From Nitrosopumilus sp. (GTDB taxonomy: Archaea > Thermoproteota > Nitrososphaeria > Nitrososphaerales > Nitrosopumilaceae): DNA of 64,000 nucleotides. Shown piece by piece: positions 41,685-51,545 of the stretch. Within the stretch, counting starts at the first letter, position 1; the number at the start of each line of letters is the position of its first letter. The notes beneath the pieces are model-generated. The model saw only the letters and a program-made list of their open reading frames with translations. It was not told the DNA's origin and ran no database searches. The position numbers and the translations under genes were made by a program. The stretch lies in assembly GCA_965207075.1 (NCBI GenBank), contig CBDBLO010000002.1, positions 640,001-704,000 of the forward strand, in the 5' to 3' direction.

Positions 41685-41859
41685 CCGTTGTGCGTGTACA
41701 TGTACGGACCAACCCTAGCGTCAGCTATAAACTACGCACTACCCACCCTAGGTGTGAGACGGACGCAAGATCGGAAAAATCCGGTTGGTACGCTCCGGTG
41801 CTATCATAGGCGTACCTGATTCCTTAAAAGTTAAATCAAGTCGGTGGTAAAATTTTTAC

Positions 41860-42942
41860 ATGTGCAGAAATACGCGGATTTTAATCGGTACCATTAGAAA
41901 CAGAATTTTTCACGCCCATAACCTCTCTGCGGCCCTTTCTAAGCTGGGAGTAGAATGCAAGGTAGTGCTGGACTCCGAAACATATGACGGATTTCCATAT
42001 CGCAAAACGTTCCAGACTCGACGCCGAATACACAAGCTCTTTGATGAGTTCAGACCCAGCGCCGTGATGGGCACCTATCCAAACCTCTTCTGCATAGCTA
42101 CACTCGACAGAAACATACCGCTGCTCTTACAACTGAGAGGGGATTATTGGTCGGAGATGAAGTGGCTGAGAGATACGATATGCCGAAGCCCACTGAAGAG
42201 ATCAGTACTGTACTTCAAGGATAGGATCGCCCGTAGATGTTTTGCAGAATCGGCCATGATTCTACCAGTATCCGACTACCTCAAAGGCATAGTGGATCAG
42301 AAGTATCCAGACAAGTCGACCACTATATACACTGGAATGAATCCCGACATATGGAACGGGGACAGTGCAAGTGCAGTAGGTGATGTGGGGATACGCGTGG
42401 ACATCAAACACCCCTGTGTAGGACTGTTGCAGAATGCCAATGTATGGGGCAAGGCACGCGAGATGCTAGTGCTACCCAAAGTGATGAAGGCTTTGCCACA
42501 TGTCACGTTTTACTGGGCGGGGGATGGCATGTACATGGATCGCGTACTCCCAGATCTTCTCAAGTGCGACAATTTTGTATGGCTTGGGAACTTGGACGGT
42601 CAGGACACCGTGCGTAAGTACCTTGCAGAGATAGACGTGTACGCTCTAGTCAGTGGCGCGGACATGCTCCCCAATTCAGTAAGGGAGGCGGAGCTCATGG
42701 AGAAGCCCGTGATAGCAACCAACGTAGGAGGCGTGTCCGAGGCTATGCAGGATGGAGTCACGGGCTACTTGGTCGAGAGTGGCAATGCCACCCAGATGAC
42801 GAGCAGAATTCATGATTTGTTGGACAACGAGAAAACATCTAGAAAAATGGGCCAAATGGGGAAGAAGTTAGTTGAGGAGAAGTTCAACTGGGACAGAATA
42901 GCCTCGGATTTCATCAAGGCAGTGACACCTGCACTAAGATAA
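41860..42942 (+). CDS. glycosyltransferase family 4
   Basis: DMLPNSVREA...KPVIATNVGGVSE...DGVTGYLV. Confidence 0.92.
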   Translation: MCRNTRILIGTIRNRIFHAHNLSAALSKLGVECKVVLDSETYDGFPYRKTFQTRRRIHKLFDEFRPSAVMGTYPNLFCIATLDRNIPLLLQLRGDYWSEMKWLRDTICRSPLKRSVLYFKDRIARRCFAESAMILPVSDYLKGIVDQKYPDKSTTIYTGMNPDIWNGDSASAVGDVGIRVDIKHPCVGLLQNANVWGKAREMLVLPKVMKALPHVTFYWAGDGMYMDRVLPDLLKCDNFVWLGNLDGQDTVRKYLAEIDVYALVSGADMLPNSVREAELMEKPVIATNVGGVSEAMQDGVTGYLVESGNATQMTSRIHDLLDNEKTSRKMGQMGKKLVEEKFNWDRIASDFIKAVTPALR

Positions 42943-42969
42943 GAGTCAACAGCCGCAAGAGTACGTCTC

Positions 42970-43048
42970 GTATGAGTTCACGTCTTCTTGTAATCGAGCA
43001 CAAATACTACGTTAAAGCTACCCTTTATCCATACGTGTGAATTCATAC
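42970..43048. mobile_element. 79-bp MITE
   Basis: TIRs GTATGAGTTCAC / GTGAATTCATAC; exact 9-bp flanking direct repeat GTACGTCTC (42961-42969, 43049-43057). Confidence 0.8.
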
Positions 43049-43188
43049 GTACGTCTCCAGAAATATCTATCTGCGATCAGAGCGTGTAAATTTGCGGTGG
43101 ACTGCGAATCCGGTTGTAGTCCACTGTCATACCCTGCGTTCAGGTATGCGACACTGTCCGTAGTTCGTTTGCATCTTACCCAAATCGC

Positions 43189-44463
43189 CTACAACCTGCC
43201 AGCTCTGCTCAGACGCACGCATTTTTCGGCGTACTCGTGGCCGAATCGCCTACAGGCATACCAGTACAACACCCGCTCTGCCAGAGGTGCCGGGACGTAT
43301 CTGATCGCTCGTTTTCCCGCCTGTTCTACAGCCATTCTGATCCGATTCCTGAACGTCCCGCGCCTAATGTGCGCAAGGCATTCAACGTATGATTCGCGCA
43401 GGTTTTTGTCGTCAATTTTTTCCAGAATGGATCGGCGCAAGGCGTCCGCGCTGAGCGATATGTCGGCGGCATTATTTGAAGATATGGATTGGCCGTGCAT
43501 GCGGTAGGCTCCAAGTATTCCGGGCACGGTCCATAGCCTGCAGCCGTGCAGCAAGCAGAGGCGCAGATACAGCTCGTGATCTATGGCATAGCGCAATTTT
43601 TCATCATACAATGCAAACCGGTCAAAAATTGAGCGGTGCCACAAACTTGCCGTTACGTTTACCGTGCAGCTGTGCAACAAGTACGTGCAAAGCTCAAATT
43701 GATCCGCGTCGTTCATGTCGATCTCTGTAAACGTTCCTATTTTTTGTCCTTTTTCGTCTATCAAGTCGTATGCAGAATAGAATATGTTGTTTTTGCCTCT
43801 GTCACCAAGCTGTTTTGCCGCGCGCACAAAGCTCTCCACAGCCTCAGGATACAGCACGTCGTCGGCGTCCAATCCTTTGTACCACTCGCCGGTCATGGCT
43901 TTGATGCCTGCATTGCGGGCGGATGCCCATCCACCGTTTGACTTCTGGATTGTAGTTATCCGATCCGCGTATCTTGCGAGCAACGAGGCCGTGTCGTCGG
44001 TGGAACCATCGTCCACCACTATGACCTCGACTAGTGGGTACGTCTGGTTCAGCGCCGATTCGATGGCCTGCGGCAGGTACCGCGCCGCGTTGTATGCGGG
44101 TATTATGATGGAGACTTTCCCCGCCGTGTATTTCCCATGCAGAGTTTCGTCTTGTCTATCGCGGTCGTCCGCGTGTTCCTTGCGAAGCGTGCTCGGAGTG
44201 AGACTGCCGCAACTTTTTCTCTCCACTGGCGCCGGAGTTTTGCCGCTTTGCCGCTCTCCGTTTTCTCTTTTCTCAGCTCTGTTTGCCGCATTGTCGATTT
44301 TATGGTTTCTATAAAACCCGCGGCTATTCTGTTCAGGCCTACTTTTTCTTTGACAAATTTTTTCCCCAACCGATCTGTCATTCTGGACATCTTCTCGTTG
44401 CCCAGCACGTCGGAGATCCTCTCTTTTAGTTGGTGCGTCTGGAAATTCTTCCACACTTTCCAT
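43189..44463 (-). CDS. glycosyltransferase family 2 with charged N-extension
   Basis: VSIIIPAYN, VVDDGSTD, ASARNAG, LDADD; start uncertain. Confidence 0.9.
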   Translation of the reverse strand: MESVEEFPDAPTKREDLRRAGQREDVQNDRSVGEKICQRKSRPEQNSRGFYRNHKIDNAANRAEKRENGERQSGKTPAPVERKSCGSLTPSTLRKEHADDRDRQDETLHGKYTAGKVSIIIPAYNAARYLPQAIESALNQTYPLVEVIVVDDGSTDDTASLLARYADRITTIQKSNGGWASARNAGIKAMTGEWYKGLDADDVLYPEAVESFVRAAKQLGDRGKNNIFYSAYDLIDEKGQKIGTFTEIDMNDADQFELCTYLLHSCTVNVTASLWHRSIFDRFALYDEKLRYAIDHELYLRLCLLHGCRLWTVPGILGAYRMHGQSISSNNAADISLSADALRRSILEKIDDKNLRESYVECLAHIRRGTFRNRIRMAVEQAGKRAIRYVPAPLAERVLYWYACRRFGHEYAEKCVRLSRAGRL

Positions 44464-44651
44464 TGGAAATTGCGGGTATTAAATCTACTTGATCAGATTA
44501 TTTCCGTTATACTACTTTGCTTCATGTCCCTCCTCTTTATAGCACGTTGTATGTCTCTAGGGTTTGGCAGAACCTGTTACCGCCACTGCTTAGGTCACTT
44601 CTGTCCAAGTCGTCTTCAGGCCCCATAGATGTCCCCGTCCCATCGCTAGGG

Positions 44652-45686
44652 TTACCGGGCAGGCGCCTCCTGCAAGGCGCGTGAGATCGCAGCCAATATG
44701 CCCGCGTCAAATTTCCGCGCGTCAAAAGCCCGGATGTGCCTGCGTATCTTTGGCAGGTAATCATCAAACCCCCCCTGCAGCGCAGTCTCCAGCTTGGATC
44801 GCGCGTCAGCAGCGTCCGAGAATCGGTACCGAAGCGCCGACCACGGCACCGTCTCACGGTGTCCCCACATGTCCGGCACGATTGGTATGCAGCCTGCCGC
44901 CATGGCCTCTACCGTTGCGATTCCAAAATCCTCTGGCGCCGCATGGAAATACACTTTGCTCTCCGTAAGTACGCCACGTTTTTCGGACTCTGTCACGTCA
45001 AAGTGGCATCTAGCGGACGGGAACGCCTGCCGTATCAGCCGCGCATACTGTGGAGAGGCTTTGGTTGACCCGACAATGTGAAACGATGCGGCGTCTCCGA
45101 CCACACGGGCCATAAACTCAATCATTTTCGGGCGCACGATACGCGAGAGCGTCACGACCTGCCTGCGGCCCGCGTTGTGGTCACCGGTCGCGGTATTGAT
45201 TGGAGGGTACACGACCTCCACATGGAATCCGGCAGGAAAACGGGCCGCGGTGAATTTGGAGTTTGCCAGCAGGTGCAGAGGCTTGTGCCGCCACATGTCA
45301 GCTTGGATTTTCGTGAGCAACGCGACACTGCAGCGCCACCTGAATGCTGCCGCCATGTACGACGGATTCACGAACCGGCGGCGCGTCCGCGAGTTCGAAA
45401 GACTCTCCGGCGTTGGTAACGCGTCCAAGAGCCCTTTATGATGTGTGTATACGACTGCTGGCTTGGGGCAGTCAGGCGCGGCGATCATGTTAGTGGGATA
45501 GAGCAGCAGGTCGCATTCCTTGGCGGCGCGGCGCGCCACCAGCGGCCATGTCAGCATGCCCAACGGTGACTCTGGGTACTGGCGTACGTCGTAGCCCGCG
45601 CTCTCAAGGGCCTGCACGGCGGCCTTGACCACCGTACCTATTCCACCCTTGGGGTTGATTCGCTGTAAGATTACACCGATTTTCAC
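44652..45686 (-). CDS. glycosyltransferase family 4
   Basis: EDFGIATVEAMAAGCIP. Confidence 0.9.
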   Translation of the reverse strand: MKIGVILQRINPKGGIGTVVKAAVQALESAGYDVRQYPESPLGMLTWPLVARRAAKECDLLLYPTNMIAAPDCPKPAVVYTHHKGLLDALPTPESLSNSRTRRRFVNPSYMAAAFRWRCSVALLTKIQADMWRHKPLHLLANSKFTAARFPAGFHVEVVYPPINTATGDHNAGRRQVVTLSRIVRPKMIEFMARVVGDAASFHIVGSTKASPQYARLIRQAFPSARCHFDVTESEKRGVLTESKVYFHAAPEDFGIATVEAMAAGCIPIVPDMWGHRETVPWSALRYRFSDAADARSKLETALQGGFDDYLPKIRRHIRAFDARKFDAGILAAISRALQEAPAR

Positions 45687-46053
45687 GTTTTATATCAAAA
45701 ATACGTTATTTTATATTTATACTAACCACGGATAGCATTACGACAACCATTCTCCCTTGTGCCTGTATTGAGTTCTAGGAGTTTGACATAACCGCTGACT
45801 CCGCATCTCAAAGTCCAAGCCCCGATTTTACAGCCCATTCTAGGTCACTAGGACTTGACAGTATAATACGTGGCATGGCATTATAAGTTTACTTAATTAT
45901 ATAATCTCCAAGTCGGTCAGTCGCGCAACCCCGTCTATGTTTCATTTTGTAGCCGAGAATATCTATCTGGAATTCAGGTCATACATCTAACTACAGTAGG
46001 CGTTAGCGAGCCGGCACACGCGGCAATGGATGTGCTGCAATTAACCCAAAAAA

Positions 46054-47295
46054 TCATTGCCGTCCTACATGGATAACAGTTATGTCGTCACGTTTCTGCA
46101 CATATCCGAACGGATCAATAACCACGCTGCTGCCCGGGTATTCAAATTGGGCAAACTGCTCGTGACGGACACCAACGAAGAATACGGACGGCTCAAAGTC
46201 TGGCGCCGCCCCGTCCACGTACGGATCCCACATGGTAACGGGAACCGGCTTCCGCCCCGTCGTCAGTTCGTTGTACAGCCTGACTGCCGGGCTGCCGACC
46301 GTAAGGTTGGTTTCAGGCTTGTACGACTTGCCAAGTATGACTTTTGGCAGGTTTTCGTACTTGAGCATCATGTCCGCAAACCACTCTATGTGGTGCTCCC
46401 TGACCCTCATGCCCTCAGTGTATACGTCGTTTGACAGGCTGTGGCGCTTTGCAAAGTCCGCAAGAGCGATGTTGTCCCGGGGATGGCACCCCCCGCCGTC
46501 TGGCATGCCGCCCCTCATGTACGACGGGCTGATGATTCTCTTCGTGCAGTCCGACAGCGCGTCTATCACGACGTCCACGTCCGCCCCCTGATCCTTCATT
46601 TTGTGGCACACCTCCATCAGGTTGTTTGCAAAGTTGATCTTCATCGTAATGAACGTGTTGTAATTGACCTTTGCCAGCTCGGCGTTGACTATGGCCATCT
46701 CATGGAATGGAGCATCTGTAATGGTCCGGTAAAACTCTTTTGCCTTCGCGACCGCGTACTCGTCATCGACTCCAAACAGTACTATCTCGGGGTTTAGAAA
46801 GTCCTCTACAGTTGTACCCATTGCGATAAAGAACGGGTTGTAGCACAGCTTGACATGCCTTGAGAGGAGCGGCTTTATTTCACGCTCGATGGTTCCGGGC
46901 AGGACAGTGCTGATTATCACCACGACGCGATCCTCGCCCAGCTGGTCAAGCTCGGCCGATATCGACCTGCACGCGTCCTTCAGGTACGTATAGTCAAAGT
47001 CGGCGGTGGTGTCTGGCAGCTTTGTGACTCCCTCGTACAGCGGATCATGCGGCGTCTGGACCGGCACGAACACGATCTCGGAGCGCCGTAGCACGTCCCG
47101 GAGCGGAACGACCTCCAGTCGGGTCTTGGCCAGCAGATTCTCCACGCGCTCCTCCATGTACGGTATGCTCTTCGTTCTTATGTAGTCCGATATGCGGGGG
47201 TCGATGTCATACCCAACCACGGAGTGCCCCTTGGATTCTATTGCCAGCGCCGATGGAAGGCCCAGTTTTCCAAGCCCCACAAACCCCACGTTCAT
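46054..47295 (-). CDS. UDP-glucose/GDP-mannose dehydrogenase family
   Basis: GLGKLG, VQTP, STVLPGT, GGGCHPRD. Confidence 0.92.
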   Translation of the reverse strand: MNVGFVGLGKLGLPSALAIESKGHSVVGYDIDPRISDYIRTKSIPYMEERVENLLAKTRLEVVPLRDVLRRSEIVFVPVQTPHDPLYEGVTKLPDTTADFDYTYLKDACRSISAELDQLGEDRVVVIISTVLPGTIEREIKPLLSRHVKLCYNPFFIAMGTTVEDFLNPEIVLFGVDDEYAVAKAKEFYRTITDAPFHEMAIVNAELAKVNYNTFITMKINFANNLMEVCHKMKDQGADVDVVIDALSDCTKRIISPSYMRGGMPDGGGCHPRDNIALADFAKRHSLSNDVYTEGMRVREHHIEWFADMMLKYENLPKVILGKSYKPETNLTVGSPAVRLYNELTTGRKPVPVTMWDPYVDGAAPDFEPSVFFVGVRHEQFAQFEYPGSSVVIDPFGYVQKRDDITVIHVGRQ

Positions 47296-47570
47296 TGCTC
47301 GGAGGGTTTGAAATGTCAATAAAAGGATAACCGCCAGTTGCAAGCGCAATGGTCTCGAGCGACGTTTGGGATTTTTATAAGACGCGCGGCCACGCATGGC
47401 ATGGTTTTACGAGGCAAGTTCTTCACGCAATGCGGCAGCGTGCATTCGAGTTTGAGCACTGGCATCCCGCGCCGTGAGCGCTGTTGCCAGCTCGGCTGCA
47501 CTGCCCTGTTCTGCACACCGACATTCGTGGAGGTGTGTATCCCCGATGCCCTGATCAGGGGATGATGTGA

Positions 47571-48551
47571 ATGAAGTTCAGTGTGGTAATCCCATTTAAG
47601 GACTCCCCACAGGAGCGCATATTTGCAGCAAAGTCGATCCCTGCGGCCATTGCACTCAAACCCGACGAGCTGGTGATAGGAGTGGACTCGCCCGCAAGCG
47701 AGGAACTTCTGGGGTTTGTAAAGGGGCTTGCAGAGCGCGAGTCGTTTGACGGACTGCGCGTGGTGGAGGTGTCGCGCTCTGCCGGCTGGAAATTCCATCT
47801 GGCCTGCGTCATATGGGAGTGCTATGCGGAATGTCATAACGATGCTATACTCTTATCCAACATTGACGTGGTGCTGAGGCCTGCCGTGCTGTCGGGACTT
47901 GAGCGCCTGCGGCAGGATGGCGCCGCGCTGGTCTGCTTTCCGGAGAAGATGCTCGTAGATGGCCCGCGGGCGGCGATCAAGTACATGTTCGTCAAGCGCT
48001 ACCTGCAGACGCACGATGCGCCCAGCGGCGTCTTCTGGGTGGACAGGCCCCAGATGCTAGAGGACGTCAAGTTGAGCAGGCTGAAGAGCATAGATAACGG
48101 CATCGACACGTGCATTATAACAACCATGATGGCAAATGAGGCGCACAAGTCCATATACGTGAGGGAGTTTGCGGCTGACAGCCTGGACATAACGAATCCA
48201 GATCTCCCATGGCGGCAGTTTCAGAAGGGCGTGTGGCTGTACGCGAGCCTTGAGCGCGTCCAGAAGGAGCGCCTTGAGCGCATACGGGACAGTCGTACGG
48301 CATGGAAGAGAAGGCTTATGGACAAGCTGCTTTACAGGTTTCCACGGGCCAGAATACTGCTGCTGTCCTTTGCAACACAGCGTCCGTGGATAGTGCGCGG
48401 GTATAGTTGGGCCCAAAAGCACGAGACGCACGCGGCCGTCACTGAGGCCAAAAGAATGACGTTTGATGAGTACGTCATGACGGGAACCAGACACATCAAG
48501 GATATAGATCAATGGAGCGAGCACGGCAGAACTGGCACCGGGTTCGGGTAA
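47571..48551 (+). CDS. glycosyltransferase (GT-A/GT2-like)
   Basis: FSVVIPF N-terminus, NID motif, cluster context. Confidence 0.7.
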   Translation: MKFSVVIPFKDSPQERIFAAKSIPAAIALKPDELVIGVDSPASEELLGFVKGLAERESFDGLRVVEVSRSAGWKFHLACVIWECYAECHNDAILLSNIDVVLRPAVLSGLERLRQDGAALVCFPEKMLVDGPRAAIKYMFVKRYLQTHDAPSGVFWVDRPQMLEDVKLSRLKSIDNGIDTCIITTMMANEAHKSIYVREFAADSLDITNPDLPWRQFQKGVWLYASLERVQKERLERIRDSRTAWKRRLMDKLLYRFPRARILLLSFATQRPWIVRGYSWAQKHETHAAVTEAKRMTFDEYVMTGTRHIKDIDQWSEHGRTGTGFG

Positions 48552-48959
48552 CCACAGTATGGTTCATGTGACTGTGACTGATGTGAGAGGGGGAGGGAAA
48601 CCGGAAACGGTTTGGCAAGGTGGTGGCAATTGCATGAAACGTCAGAATCCTGAACCGGTTCATATGAATCCGCGAAAAGGGGCAAAAGATCCCGTCGTAC
48701 GAGACCGCGCGGCGCATCCTACCAGTCAATCAAACTAGCGGTGCAGACATACCCGGCAGGCGCGCTGTCTTTTGGGTGACTACAAACCCCCCCAAACAGT
48801 CGTGTATGGTGGCCGATCCTGCATGCAACGGATCTGACAAACCCGTCGGGACTCGTAGGCAGGCCAAGCACAAATTTGGTACAACCCCCTGTACATGTAC
48901 TGTAAGCAAAGGGAAAGCCCATCACGTACATATAACACAAACCGAGGGCAAATCCAGAT

Positions 48960-50123
48960 ATGAGGGTGCTCATACCCGGTATAGACGGCTACATAGGATG
49001 GTCACTGGCCCAACACCTCCTTGCAAGGGGCGACACGGTGGCAGGCTTTGACAACCTCGCAAGAAGGAAGAACGTGGCCGAGATGGGCTCGCACTCGGCC
49101 ATACCCATACTGGAGTTTGAGGAGAGGTGCAGGATGCTGGCCGAAGAGTACGGCGATCGCGTGCATGCTGTACGGAAGGGCGACATGTGCGACTATGACT
49201 TTGTAGACGGGATGGTGTCGGGCTTTGAGCCTGACGCGGTGGTGCACCTGGCAGAGCAGCCCTCCGCGCCGTACAGCATGATAGATCATAGTCACAACAC
49301 GTACACCCAGCACAACAACGTCATCGGGACGCTGAACCTACTCCACTCGATCAGGGAGCACGCCCCGCGCGCCCACTTGGTCAAGCTGGGCACGATGGGC
49401 GAGTACGGGTACGACACCGGAATGGACATACCCGAGGGGTTCTTTGAGATGGAGTTTCGCGGAAAGAGGGCCAGGGTTCCCTATCCACGGATGGCTGGCA
49501 GCTGGTATCATTGGACCAAGGTGCACGACAGCAACAACATCATGTTCGCGTGCAAGCTGTGGGGGATCAGATCCACGGACATCATGCAGGGCATAGTATA
49601 CGGAACAAGGACGGATCAGATGAAGGACAAGAGACATGCAACGAGGTTTGACTTTGACGAGGCGTTCGGGACCGCTCTCAACCGGTTCTGCGCGCAGGCG
49701 GTGATTGGGCACCCACTCACGGTTCATGGAAAGGGCGGACAGACGAGAGGGTTTCTGGCCCTCAACGACTCTCTGCAGTGCATGACGCTGCTTCTGGACA
49801 ATCCCCCGGATCAGGGCCAGTACCGAGTAGTAAACCAGTTTGACGAGCAGTACAGCGTTCTGGAACTGGCAAACAAGGTGGCGCGGATCGGAGGCGACAT
49901 GGGTCTTGACGTTGCCATAAAGAGCAAGAACAACCCGCGCCGCGAGTCAGAATCCCACTACTACAAGGCAGATCACGACATACTGCTGTCGCTTGGATTT
50001 CGAGCGACGCGCCGCATCGACGACGAGATTCGCATCATGCTGCAGGATCTCGTCACGCACAGGGACAGGATTTTGGAGAAGAGGGACGTCATTGTGAAGA
50101 ATATCGCGTGGGACAAAAAGTGA
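48960..50123 (+). CDS. agl3: UDP-sulfoquinovose synthase (SQD1/Agl3)
   Basis: GIDGYIGW, AEQPSAPYSM, KLGTMGEYG, YHWTKVHDS, FGTALNRFC. Confidence 0.93.
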   Translation: MRVLIPGIDGYIGWSLAQHLLARGDTVAGFDNLARRKNVAEMGSHSAIPILEFEERCRMLAEEYGDRVHAVRKGDMCDYDFVDGMVSGFEPDAVVHLAEQPSAPYSMIDHSHNTYTQHNNVIGTLNLLHSIREHAPRAHLVKLGTMGEYGYDTGMDIPEGFFEMEFRGKRARVPYPRMAGSWYHWTKVHDSNNIMFACKLWGIRSTDIMQGIVYGTRTDQMKDKRHATRFDFDEAFGTALNRFCAQAVIGHPLTVHGKGGQTRGFLALNDSLQCMTLLLDNPPDQGQYRVVNQFDEQYSVLELANKVARIGGDMGLDVAIKSKNNPRRESESHYYKADHDILLSLGFRATRRIDDEIRIMLQDLVTHRDRILEKRDVIVKNIAWDKK

Positions 50124-50508
50124 GAGACGCGCAGGGGTTTGTATTGCGACGGGCCGCGGCCAAACCGTCCGGCATCCTATAAGGTTGCAGACGTCCAAAG
50201 TATTAGCAAGCCTGTATGTTTGCGCCGCAGGCAAGTCCCAAGGCCGGGCAGGGCCGGGCGTGGCACGCGCTCTTGCTGATGCGTACACTCTCACATGCAT
50301 ATTACCCCACCCGTACAGGAGCAGGCCCCACACGGGATTGCGCGACATTGCGTGGGCCGGAGGATACATGTGACCACCAGAAACCGTCATGCTTGCACTC
50401 GGGCCTGCGGCGGAAGCGGCGGTTTGTCACATGATCCGCTGCGGGAGTCCGTGCCGCGCGAGTTATAACCCGGCCGAGTCTGGGACATGCAGGGAGGCGC
50501 ACTGTTAG

Positions 50509-51423
50509 GTGAGATATTTGGTGACCGGCGGGGCCGGCTTTATTGGGAGCCATATAACAAGGGCCCTGCTTGACGCGGGACACTCGGTGCGGGTGCTGGA
50601 CAATCTCTATGCAGGCTCCACGGACAAGCTGCTTGGCGTTATGGACAAGATAGAGTTCATCAAGGCCGACATCCGGGATGTGGACTCCTTGGAGTCCGCC
50701 ATGGGCGGATGCGACGGCGTGTTCCACGAAGCGGCTCTCGTGTCGGTCCAGAGATCATTCGGCATGAAGGAGGAGTACCAAGACGTGAACGTGAACGGTA
50801 CGAGGAACGTTCTTGATGTGGCGGCAAAGCACAATGCTAGGGTTGTATATGCCAGCAGCGCTAGCGTGTACGGAAACGTCCGGCGCCTGCCCATGCGCGA
50901 GGAGGATGCGTCCCGCACGCCCGTAAACCCCTACGGCGCCACCAAGGCAGAGGCCGAGATCACGTCCCAGAGGTACATGACGGGCGGGGCTGGGGTTGTG
51001 GGCCTGCGCTACTTTAACGTGTATGGGAGGGGACAGACCAGCGCGTACGCGGGGGTGATAACCCAGTTTATGAGGAGGCTGAAAGAAGGCGAGCCGCCGA
51101 TAGTCAACGGGGACGGCCTCCAGTCGCGTGACTTTGTGTACGTGATGGACGTGGCGTCGGCCAACCTAGCTGCCATGGCCAGTGCCACGAGCGACGGTTT
51201 TTTCAACGTGGGGACGGGCAGGAGCACTACCATAAACGAGCTGGCACAGACCATGATTCGCGCCTACGGCGTGGATGTGGTTCCCGAGCATGCAGATCCG
51301 CTGGCAGGAGACGTGCGTGAGAGCAGGGCGGACACGTCTCTGACGGAGCGGTCCATACCGTGGAAGTACTCCACGGAATTAAAAGACGGCATAGAAAGTT
51401 TGGTCGGCTCTTCGTCTGCCTGA
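50509..51423 (+). CDS. NAD-dependent sugar epimerase/dehydratase
   Basis: TGGAGFIG, YGATK, RYFNVYG, RDFVYV. Confidence 0.93.
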   Translation: MRYLVTGGAGFIGSHITRALLDAGHSVRVLDNLYAGSTDKLLGVMDKIEFIKADIRDVDSLESAMGGCDGVFHEAALVSVQRSFGMKEEYQDVNVNGTRNVLDVAAKHNARVVYASSASVYGNVRRLPMREEDASRTPVNPYGATKAEAEITSQRYMTGGAGVVGLRYFNVYGRGQTSAYAGVITQFMRRLKEGEPPIVNGDGLQSRDFVYVMDVASANLAAMASATSDGFFNVGTGRSTTINELAQTMIRAYGVDVVPEHADPLAGDVRESRADTSLTERSIPWKYSTELKDGIESLVGSSSA

Positions 51424-51545
51424 AGGTTGCCCCACGTCTTTTCATTCTAGGCAAGGGGCAAACGGATACAGGGTTGTGCGCGCCGTACACGCTTCGCGCC
51501 TCAGGTATGCAAGCGTTTGATTGACAGCATACATCCCGCAGGCCA

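Larger units (their letters stand above)
40405..41814 (+). mobile_element. IS110 family element
   Basis: Ends defined by reconstructing the interrupted TIR and TSD; short sub-terminal IRs TACACCTA/TAGGCGTA; ~180-bp left non-coding end. Confidence 0.85.
39206..41816. mobile_element. IS6-type passenger transposon (sulfotransferase cargo); right TIR interrupted by IS110
   Basis: Left TIR AGTTCTATTGCGAATTCGTGA; right TIR TCACGAATTCGCAACAGAA|IS110|CC; exact 8-bp TSD TGATTCCT at 39198-39205 and 41817-41824. Confidence 0.85.
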
